This document shows, piece after piece, positions 56,624 to 64,000 of a DNA stretch of 64,000 bases (positions within the stretch are counted from its first letter, which is position 1; every line of letters starts with the position of its first letter). The notes under the pieces were generated by a model. It was not told the origin of the DNA. It was given only the letters and a program-made list of their open reading frames with translations, and did not search any database. Source of the DNA: Candidatus Eiseniibacteriota bacterium (GTDB lineage Bacteria > Joyebacterota > Joyebacteria > Joyebacterales > Joyebacteraceae); assembly GCA_030595835.1 (NCBI GenBank), contig JAUVLG010000002.1, positions 19,147 through 83,146 on the forward strand, given 5' to 3'. Made by a program: the position numbers and the translations under genes.

Positions 56624-57015
56624 TGGAACCGCCCCTCATCGTTGTCAGGAAGTCGAAGTTCGAACTCGAGCTGACTACGTCGGTTGGGACGCGTGTGTTC
56701 CCGGTGGGCATAGGTTCGAACCCGGACGGCGCGGACAAGGAGAGGGAAGGCGACTGTCGTACTCCTGAGGGCGAGTTCACGGTTGTGTCCATCGAGGACT
56801 CGAGCGAGTGGAAGCATGAGGGAGAGCGGGCCTATGGTCCGCTCTTTCTGCGTCTTGACTGCCCGCCCTGGGAGGGGATCGGCATACACGGTACAAACGA
56901 GCCAGAGGGTATAGGCACGAGATCGAGCAGGGGTTGTGTCCGGATGAGGAACGACGATCTCGTGACGGTGGCGGGCGAGGTGACCGTGGGCACACGGGTC
57001 AGGATAGTTCCGTGA
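56623..57015 (+). CDS. L,D-transpeptidase (YkuD) catalytic domain protein
   Basis: FPV.IG, GD.RTPEG.F, IGIHGT.....IG.RSSRGCVRM.N. Confidence 0.88.
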   Translation: MEPPLIVVRKSKFELELTTSVGTRVFPVGIGSNPDGADKEREGDCRTPEGEFTVVSIEDSSEWKHEGERAYGPLFLRLDCPPWEGIGIHGTNEPEGIGTRSSRGCVRMRNDDLVTVAGEVTVGTRVRIVP

Positions 57016-57065
57016 ACGGTCGCCCCGGACATCGACGGCGAAGGACTTCGAGGAAGGAAATCCTG

Positions 57066-57094
57066 TTGACACACAGGAGGTCCGAGAGTAGATT
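57066..57094 (+). promoter_or_regulatory. Sigma70-type promoter
   Basis: TTGACA-N17-TAGATT. Confidence 0.6.
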
Positions 57095-57157
57095 CATCTT
57101 GCCTCAGGCGGGTGTTTCTTCTGCCGGTATCTCATCACAGATTCTCGGGAGCTTTTT

Positions 57158-57832
57158 ATGCGACCCGGTAAGTTCGTGGCCGTCGCCGGAAACATCGGTG
57201 TGGGTAAAACCCACCTCACCACGCTTCTTGCGAACCACTTGGGCTGGCGCGCGTACTACGAGCCCGTCATCGACAATCCCTACCTCGACGACTTCTATAG
57301 TGACATGGAGCGCTGGTCGTTCCACCTCCAGGTCTTTTTCCTCTCGAAGCGCTTCGAGATTCACAGAGAGATGGTGAGTTCGGACGAACCGTGCATCCAG
57401 GACAGAACCATATACGAGGACAAGGAGATATTCGCTCACACCCTGCACAACCAGGGCTTCATGTCGGACCGGGACTACGAGAACTACACCGCCCTGTTCG
57501 ACGCGATGACGAGCTTCCTGCATACTCCCGATCTCGTGGTCTACCTGCGCGCCGGGGTGGACACGCTGCAGGAGCGTATCAGGTGCCGCGGTCGCAGTTG
57601 CGAGCGGGAGATATCGAGCGAGTATCTCGAGGCGTTGAACCGCGCGTACGAAGACTGGTGCGCCCGGGCATCGCTGATCACAGAAGTGCTTATCATAGAC
57701 ACGGAGGGCCTCGACCTGGTGCGGGACGAGGCAGCCGTGGAACGCGTCCTGACGACCGTTGTGAGGCGCCTCGGGCCGACCACCCCAGAGGATCAGCCGG
57801 CCGAAGTCGGCCTGGAACTCGCGAGCATATAG
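57158..57832 (+). CDS. Deoxynucleoside kinase (dCK/dGK family)
   Basis: GNIGVGKT, EPV..NPYL..FY, LQ.FFL..RF, QDRTIYED, PDLVVYL. Confidence 0.93.
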   Translation: MRPGKFVAVAGNIGVGKTHLTTLLANHLGWRAYYEPVIDNPYLDDFYSDMERWSFHLQVFFLSKRFEIHREMVSSDEPCIQDRTIYEDKEIFAHTLHNQGFMSDRDYENYTALFDAMTSFLHTPDLVVYLRAGVDTLQERIRCRGRSCEREISSEYLEALNRAYEDWCARASLITEVLIIDTEGLDLVRDEAAVERVLTTVVRRLGPTTPEDQPAEVGLELASI

Positions 57833-57992
57833 CGTCCATCGCGGAATCCGGTTCCAGGGGAAGCGCCGAGCGGAGCCTCACCCAATCCCGATTACACGCA
57901 GGCCGAATGAGATCGAAACCGGAGCGTCCAAGCTCCAGGCGGCTGCATTGGTGAGTCAAGAACCGGTGCGCGGGTGCGCTACACGTGAATTC

Positions 57993-58021
57993 TTGACCTA
58001 TGGACTGTATGATGATATAAT
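57993..58021 (+). promoter_or_regulatory. Strong sigma70 promoter of the TlpA-barrel-Omp28 operon
   Basis: TTGACC-N17-TATAAT with extended -10 TG. Confidence 0.75.
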
Positions 58022-58047
58022 AGGACAGGAATAAAAATGGGGGTTTG

Positions 58048-58602
58048 ATGACCTACAGGAGACTGGCGGGGCTTGCGATCGCGCTGGCTGCGCTCCTCGT
58101 GTTGACGGGGACAAGCATATCTGTGGGCGCTGCCAAGAAGGCGCCCGAGTTTACACTTCCGAATCTCGATGGTGAGGACGTCACACTATCTGAGCTGCTC
58201 GAGGACGGACCGGTGATCGTGGATTTCTGGGCGACGTGGTGCAAGCCGTGCATCAAGGCGTTCCCCGATCTGCAGGAGGTCTTCGACAAGTACAGGAACT
58301 GCGGGCTCACGGTAGTTGCCATCTCGATCGACGGACCGAAGTCAATGTCGCGCGTCGGGTCGCTCATCAAGTCGAAGGGGAACACGTTCGAGGTGCTTCT
58401 CGATCCGGGCCAGAAGGTTGCGAGGAAGTTCCACGTGACGTCCGTTCCCAGGACCGTGCTGGTGAACACGGACGGGACCATCGCCTATGCGGTGACGGGT
58501 TACCGCCCGAAGAACCACGAGGAACTGGAAGCCGCCGTGGCCAAGCTCCTTCCGGGCGATTGCCCCGAGGAGCCGGAGAGCGAGGAGAAGGCCGTTGAGT
58601 AG
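58048..58602 (+). CDS. Periplasmic TlpA-family thiol:disulfide oxidoreductase
   Basis: Signal peptide; APEFTL, DFWATWCKPC, SVP. Confidence 0.9.
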   Translation: MTYRRLAGLAIALAALLVLTGTSISVGAAKKAPEFTLPNLDGEDVTLSELLEDGPVIVDFWATWCKPCIKAFPDLQEVFDKYRNCGLTVVAISIDGPKSMSRVGSLIKSKGNTFEVLLDPGQKVARKFHVTSVPRTVLVNTDGTIAYAVTGYRPKNHEELEAAVAKLLPGDCPEEPESEEKAVE

Positions 58603-60166
58603 AAACGGGTGGGCGCTTGCGCTCCTTTCCGTCGCGCTCTTGGCCCTCGTGTCGGCCTCGGCGTTGGCTGAGACCGACGTCTACGCGAGCGGCGTGGTGC
58701 GGGGGAAGTACCTCTACAGCACCGACGAGGAGGCATCCGTCTGGGACACCAGAGTCGATTTCGACGCCAGCATCGGAGCGCTGACGCTTGGGGCGGTCTA
58801 CCGGGGATTCTGGCTCTCGGACGACGAGTACAATCCCGCGAACGTTGTGGTGGCTGATCCCAACGACGTCAAACATCGCTACGCCGCGCTCGAGTACGAG
58901 GATTTGTACCTCAGGGCAGGGCATTTCTCCACGACGTTTGGGCACGGCCTGACGCTTCGGAGCTACGAGGACGTGGACCTTGAGCACGACACCCTGCTGG
59001 ATGGATTCTCCGCCGAATACGATGCTGGCGTGTTCGATGTTACGGTTCTGACCGGCGCGTCCAGGGAGGATTCAGGCGACAGGTTCTACGCGCATACCGT
59101 GCACGGTGCCCGGGTCAGCGTGCCCGTGGGCGAATGGGTGGAAGTCGCCGGCAGTGCCGTCGAGCGCTCGCGGATCTGGAACGACGAGGACGGCGAGTTC
59201 GGGGGTGACTTCGCCCGGTTCGAGGACAGCGTGCGCGGGGCGGAGGTGTCTGGTTGGATCGGACCATTCACGTTCGGGGGCGAGTACGCTGAGAGGAGCG
59301 GGGACTACCCGGAGGCGGCGAAGAAGGTCGATCCTGAGACCGGCGGGCTCGCGTACCCGCGGGGGCAGGTCGAGACGCAGGGCCACGCGACCTACGCTTC
59401 CGGAACGCTCGACCTCGGATGGGCCACGCTCTTCGGCGAGTTCAAGGACTTCGACGACTTCGCCCACAGCCTGGCCAATCCGCCGACGTGCGTGCGCGAG
59501 CACCTATGGACTTTGATGAACCGCGCAACCTACGAGGTGGATCTCAATGACGAGCGCGGTTTCCTCGTGGAGGGAAGTTCGGTTCTTGGTGACGCAGTCT
59601 TCGTGACGGGTGGGGCGTCGGAAGCCAGGAGCCACGATCGGGATCTTCGCCACTGGGAGATGTTCGGCCACGCGACCTACGACGTGGGCTCCGACATAAC
59701 GCTTGGTGCGGCCGCGTCACGATCGAGGGAGTACCTGTTCGGGGAGGAAGGCGGCATCGGGAAGTTCACCGAGCACACTACGGGAGTGGTGGAGGCCGAT
59801 CTCACCTTCGCGCTTGGGGCTCTCGGTGACCAGACGGTCGAGCTGACCCTTGAGATGCAGCGGACCGAGGATCCGGCCCTGGATACTCAAGATGACTACG
59901 TGGCATCGGTCGCGTGGTATCCGGGGCTGGATCTCATCCCGGGGCTGGAGGATCTCACGGTCTCCGGTGTCTACGAGAAGACGACCATCGATTGGGAGGA
60001 GCGACAGAACTGGATCATGCTCTCCGTCCGGAAGTCGTTTGCCAACGACCTCGAGGCGGAGATCGCAGGCGGCACCGAGCGTGGGGGCAAGAAGTGCGCG
60101 GGCGGCATCTGTCGCTACGAGCCTGAGTTCGAGGGCGTCAGATTCAGACTGACGAAGTTCTTCTAG
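58595..60166 (+). CDS. Outer-membrane beta-barrel, DUF6029-like, with C-terminal CxGGxC
   Basis: Signal peptide; amphipathic strands; AG.F..TFG.GL.LR.YE; ERGGKKCAGGICRYEP.F.G; terminal Phe. Confidence 0.75.
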   Translation: MSRNGWALALLSVALLALVSASALAETDVYASGVVRGKYLYSTDEEASVWDTRVDFDASIGALTLGAVYRGFWLSDDEYNPANVVVADPNDVKHRYAALEYEDLYLRAGHFSTTFGHGLTLRSYEDVDLEHDTLLDGFSAEYDAGVFDVTVLTGASREDSGDRFYAHTVHGARVSVPVGEWVEVAGSAVERSRIWNDEDGEFGGDFARFEDSVRGAEVSGWIGPFTFGGEYAERSGDYPEAAKKVDPETGGLAYPRGQVETQGHATYASGTLDLGWATLFGEFKDFDDFAHSLANPPTCVREHLWTLMNRATYEVDLNDERGFLVEGSSVLGDAVFVTGGASEARSHDRDLRHWEMFGHATYDVGSDITLGAAASRSREYLFGEEGGIGKFTEHTTGVVEADLTFALGALGDQTVELTLEMQRTEDPALDTQDDYVASVAWYPGLDLIPGLEDLTVSGVYEKTTIDWEERQNWIMLSVRKSFANDLEAEIAGGTERGGKKCAGGICRYEPEFEGVRFRLTKFF

Positions 60167-60175
60167 GAGGAATGG

Positions 60176-61243
60176 GTGCTGAGACGGGAGCATACGACGG
60201 TTTCGAGGGTCCGGAGCGAGGTTTTCATCGTCGCCCTTGTCGCGGTTGCGATAGCGGGCGGATGCGACTGGTTCGACGCCCCGTCGCAGATCAACCTTCC
60301 TCCTGAGACGACGATAACCGTGTGTCCGTCCTCGCTCGTTTCGCCCGGTGACAATGTCACCATCAAGTGGACGGGCAGCGACCGGGACGGCCAGGTCGTC
60401 GAATACGAGTGGACGCTCGATGACACGCTGGAAGGAACGACGCACGCCACGACGATGATGGTCACCGGTGTGGAGGAGGGAACGCACACTTTCACGGTGG
60501 CATCGATCGATAACGACGGTGATGTCGATGCGTCACCGGCGGAGTGCACGTTCACCGCCGGAGAGTACGTGGAGCGCGTCGTGCTCTGCGAGCTTCTGAC
60601 GACGAAGATATGTCCGAACTGCTGGAAGGCGGACCTGGTCCTCGAGCAGATGCTCGAGGAGTTTGGTGAGGAGAATCTTTCCGTGGTGTCGTACCACTAC
60701 GATCCGCCTCCCGATCCACTGGCGACGCCGGCGACGTTGGCGCGCTGTGACTGGTACTACACGTTCCCGGACTTCAGTCATCTCGGTGATGCCTTCCCGA
60801 CCACGTTGTTCGACGGGCTGACCTACAAGACCGGGGCGGCGGATATCACCGCGACGGAGATCGCCTACAGGACGCAGATCGAGGCTCGCCAGGTTGTCGG
60901 GTCGCCGGTGAGCATCGAGCTTCAGGGAGAGATCGGGGGGGGACGGGGGAGCGTGACGGCCACGGTGAGAGTTCACTACCAGTTGTCCGAGAGCTCCTAC
61001 ACACTTCGGATGATGATCATCGAGAATGACGTCTGGGATGGCGCTCACTTCGCCAGCTTCGTTGTGAGGGAGTTCTTGCTGGAGGAGGAGCTGCTGAACG
61101 TGGACGCCGTGGGCGAGTCGCTCGTCGTCAGCCGGGAGTTCGCGCTCGGCGACTGGAATGCGGAGTATCTGGATATCGTGGCACTGGTGCAGGACGACGC
61201 AACCGCGGAAGTACTCCAGTCCGGGCGGTTGATGACGGAATAG
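60176..61243 (+). CDS. Lipoprotein with Ig-like domain and Omp28-like thioredoxin domain
   Basis: AGGC lipobox; PETTI; RVVL.ELLT...CPNC, YH, FPT..FDG, VALVQD. Confidence 0.78.
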   Translation: MLRREHTTVSRVRSEVFIVALVAVAIAGGCDWFDAPSQINLPPETTITVCPSSLVSPGDNVTIKWTGSDRDGQVVEYEWTLDDTLEGTTHATTMMVTGVEEGTHTFTVASIDNDGDVDASPAECTFTAGEYVERVVLCELLTTKICPNCWKADLVLEQMLEEFGEENLSVVSYHYDPPPDPLATPATLARCDWYYTFPDFSHLGDAFPTTLFDGLTYKTGAADITATEIAYRTQIEARQVVGSPVSIELQGEIGGGRGSVTATVRVHYQLSESSYTLRMMIIENDVWDGAHFASFVVREFLLEEELLNVDAVGESLVVSREFALGDWNAEYLDIVALVQDDATAEVLQSGRLMTE

Positions 61244-61370
61244 TCAGGTTGATGATTGATCGAATGATGGCTGGTTGAGGAAGCTAGTGGGCTGGAACAC
61301 TGCCTCTACAACAGAGAGGCGGCAGGATCCTGCGACAAACCGAGCGGTGTGACCGCAAGGGGAGAACAGC

Positions 61371-61540
61371 ATGCTGAAGCGTTCGGCGATCCTGGGACTC
61401 GTGGTTCTGGTCCTGTGTATCGGCGTTCTTCCGGCAGTGTCCGCGCAGCGGACCGTGCTGGCGGAGCTTTTCGGGGCGACGTCGTGAGGCTTACCGCCAA
61501 CGAGGAGAACGCGTTCAGGAAGATGACGCTGCTCAAGTAG
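61371..61540 (+). pseudogene. Internally deleted paralogue of the downstream Omp28/FlgD gene
   Basis: 5' end MLKRSAIL...SAQRTVLAELFGAT joined out of frame to 3' end VRLTANEENAFRKMTLLK*; both match the termini of 61644-63656. Confidence 0.85.
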
Positions 61541-61643
61541 CAGCTTCGAGTGGTGCGCCTAGTTGGTCTGTGTCGGACGCGCCCCCACGGAGCCCGCCTG
61601 CGCCGGGGGCCTTGAGTTGGATGACACCAGGAGGAGGAGCGAC

Positions 61644-63656
61644 ATGTTGAGGCGTGCGGCGATAGTTATCGGACTTGCTGTTGCGGTGCTTCTGGCGGGC
61701 ACGGTGCCCGCGGCGTCCGCCCAGCGAACGGTGCTGGCCGAGATGTTCGGAGCCACGTGGTGTGGCTACTGCCCGAACGCCACCGTGGCGCTGCAGCAGC
61801 TTCAGGAAGAGTACGGTACGGACGGTCTCGTTTGCTTCTACTATCATGTCGGCGATGCGTATGCGACCGCGGAGACGCACAACCGGGCCAGCTACTACGC
61901 GGTTGGCGGCATTCCCGAGGTCGACTTCGATGCTGTGACGGAGGTCGTGGGCGCCGGGACGAATATCTACGACGTCTACGCTCCGATCGTCGCGACGAGA
62001 TACGCGGAGTCGACCCCGGTTACCATTCGCACCGAGGGCGTTATCTACGCCGCGGGCGACCCCGACTCCAGCTGGGTGACGGCGGTGTTCAAGGCCGTCG
62101 ATACCGTGCCCTACGGTGACCTCAGGGCCTACTTCATCGTCTGCGAGAACACGAGCGAGGTCTATCCGTGGACAGTGCGGGACATGCTGCCGCCCTCCAC
62201 GGTCACCACGCTGGCGGCGGCCGGCGACTCCGTCGTCATCACCAGGAAGTTCAAGGTGGACGCGGCGTGGGACCTTGAGGAGCTCGGCGTGGTGGTCTTC
62301 ATTGAGGACACCGATCCGAAGCTGATCGTCAATGCTCAGGTGATGCCCGCACCGTTTAGCAACAGCTTCGGCCACGCGGACCGCTACGCGGTCGAGATCG
62401 ATTACTTGGGCGAGGCCATCTACCACATCGTTCTCGAGAACACCGGCGTGATGTCGGACGTCATCACGGTCGATATCGGTCACGATATTATCCCGGATGG
62501 TCTGGGGTCGTGGGATTGGGTCGCGTTCTACTGTGATACGGACGGCGCCTGTCACTTCGGCCCGTGGGACTTCGTGCTCGAGCCCGCGGCGAAGGAGACC
62601 TTCGACGTTCACATCTTGGACAACGTCGGCCACACTCAGGGCATGGCTCTGACCACGCTTAGCGCGACGAGCACGAGTGACCCCTCGATGATGTCCAGCG
62701 AGTCGTTTGCGACGTTCGTCGACCTGCCGTCGGTCCTGCTGGTCGACGACGACGGCGGCGCATCAGACGAGACGTATCTGGAGACGGCACTGACCGACAC
62801 GGGTTACACGGCGATGGTGTGGGACGCCGAGGTGAGGGGCAGGCCGTGCATGACACGTCTGGAGTCCTACTGGGCGGTCCTGTGGACCACGGGCGGTGGC
62901 TCCGCCGCCGATCTCGGCGGTTCCTGCGAGAACAACATGGCGGCGTACCTGGACGGCGGCGGAAACCTGCTGCTCTCGAGCATGGAGTTCCTGTCCAGCC
63001 GCGTCAACACGCTCGCGTTCCGGACGGACTACCTGCACATCGACTCGTACACGAGCGACAATGGTGGCTTCGTCGTTACGGGCGAGACGGGGGACGCCAT
63101 CTCGGCGGGGATGTCTCTGAATCTGCTCGGAGGTCCTTTCGCTCCCAATCCCAGCGACGTTTTCGTCGCGGGTTCCGCGGCCGATGTCATCTTCACGAGC
63201 CCGGCCGGGACCGAAGGTATTCGCGTTGAGGAGAACGACCACAAGGTGGTCTTCCTGAGCTTCCCGTTCGAGGACGTGAAGACCACGGAGGCCGCTCCCA
63301 ACAACCAGAAGACACTGATAGGGCGCATACTGAACTGGTTCAGCCTGCCGTCTGGTGTTGAGGCCGGACAGGTCCACCGCCTCGCGCTCCAGCCGAACTA
63401 CCCGAACCCGTTCAACCCCGTGACCAGGGTCGCGTTCTCGGTGCCCGAGGCCGCCGGACGGGTGAGCCTCACGGTCCACAACGTCAACGGTCAGGTGGTT
63501 CGCACGCTGGTCGATTCTGAGCTTCCCGCGGGTCCCGCGCTTGCCGTGTGGGATGGAACCGACGACCTCGGGCGCCCTCTCGCGTCCGGGATCTACTTCG
63601 CGAAGCTCGCATCGAGCGAGGACAGCGCGTTCCGGAAGATGACACTGCTGAAGTAA
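61644..63656 (+). CDS. Secreted Omp28-like thioredoxin-fold protein with FlgD-Ig/T9SS-like C-terminal domain
   Basis: Signal peptide; RTVLAEMFGATWCGYCP, YH, GIP.V.FD; VLLVDDDGG domain; NYPNPFNP...GIYF..L...RKMTLLK. Confidence 0.85.
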   Translation: MLRRAAIVIGLAVAVLLAGTVPAASAQRTVLAEMFGATWCGYCPNATVALQQLQEEYGTDGLVCFYYHVGDAYATAETHNRASYYAVGGIPEVDFDAVTEVVGAGTNIYDVYAPIVATRYAESTPVTIRTEGVIYAAGDPDSSWVTAVFKAVDTVPYGDLRAYFIVCENTSEVYPWTVRDMLPPSTVTTLAAAGDSVVITRKFKVDAAWDLEELGVVVFIEDTDPKLIVNAQVMPAPFSNSFGHADRYAVEIDYLGEAIYHIVLENTGVMSDVITVDIGHDIIPDGLGSWDWVAFYCDTDGACHFGPWDFVLEPAAKETFDVHILDNVGHTQGMALTTLSATSTSDPSMMSSESFATFVDLPSVLLVDDDGGASDETYLETALTDTGYTAMVWDAEVRGRPCMTRLESYWAVLWTTGGGSAADLGGSCENNMAAYLDGGGNLLLSSMEFLSSRVNTLAFRTDYLHIDSYTSDNGGFVVTGETGDAISAGMSLNLLGGPFAPNPSDVFVAGSAADVIFTSPAGTEGIRVEENDHKVVFLSFPFEDVKTTEAAPNNQKTLIGRILNWFSLPSGVEAGQVHRLALQPNYPNPFNPVTRVAFSVPEAAGRVSLTVHNVNGQVVRTLVDSELPAGPALAVWDGTDDLGRPLASGIYFAKLASSEDSAFRKMTLLK

Positions 63657-63734
63657 CAGTCTCGCGTGCGCGCCAGGAAGGGTTCTCCGGACGTGCACCT
63701 GTTTCCGACAGTCACGGCGGGAAGGAGTCTCAAC

Positions 63735-64000
63735 ATGATGGTCTGGCGCCTGGTGGTGGGAGCGCTCGCGGTAGCTTTGTTCGCGCCCGCCGCTCACGCG
63801 TACCCCAGAGACGATGCGGCGGTGGTCACGGTCGACATTCTCTCTCGTGAGGATATTCATCGTCTGAACGAACTCGGGATGGACATCATGTCAGTCCGGG
63901 AGGGAGTCGCGGAGATAGCGGCCATACCGGCCGAGGTGGATGCGCTGTGGGCGAACGGGTTCCGACCGACCGTCATTCTTCCCAGGATGATCGACGCCGT
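63735..64000 (+). CDS. Secreted protein, 5' part only (possibly M14 carboxypeptidase propeptide)
   Basis: AAGGAG RBS; signal peptide ending AHA; open to the window edge; L.ELGMDI...E..AL...GF resembles a propeptide. Confidence 0.55.
   Translation, partial: MMVWRLVVGALAVALFAPAAHAYPRDDAAVVTVDILSREDIHRLNELGMDIMSVREGVAEIAAIPAEVDALWANGFRPTVILPRMIDA

Overview
GC-rich bacterial chromosome window with no CRISPR array, rRNA, transposase or phage genes. It looks like an anaerobic, proteolytic diderm of the FCB-related candidate phyla (Eisenbacteria/Latescibacteria/Krumholzibacteria-like). This is an inference from secreted proteins with NxPNPFNP...RKxxLxK FlgD-Ig/T9SS-like tails and a SWxxIKALYR tail. 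Contents in order: yggS-yggT-PNP-ileS (partial, GXHH motif), orphan mvhD, two gingipain (C25) proteases, glgC, TonB, a SpoIVB(S55) plus beta-propeller pair, a split ECF sigma/anti-sigma module with a shared promoter motif, a frameshifted DUF401 gene, EamA and OPT transporters, orphan PhaR-like gene, an MFS-acyltransferase fusion plus PimA-like GT4, DUF3160, an ABC-2 exporter, a Thermococcales-type pdhAFXB cluster, thiD, two radical SAM genes, a TPP-riboswitch operon thi4-thiE-Nudix-PurM/ThiL-like, a beta-CASP nuclease, a histone-H1-like protein, gltX with tRNA-Gln and tRNA-Glu, and a thiol-redox region. Best new candidates: (1) a 55-aa membrane selenoprotein absent from the ORF track, with UGA, SECIS-like hairpin and TGATG coupling, in an ArsR-trxA-tlpA operon; (2) a TlpA / Cys-containing outer-membrane barrel / Omp28 surface redox system with an internally deleted paralogue; (3) a Nudix and a PurM-fold enzyme that may fill gaps in the Thi4 pathway; (4) a flippase-acyltransferase fusion for a PIM-like glycolipid. 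All family assignments come from recognising motifs by eye; no database search was run.
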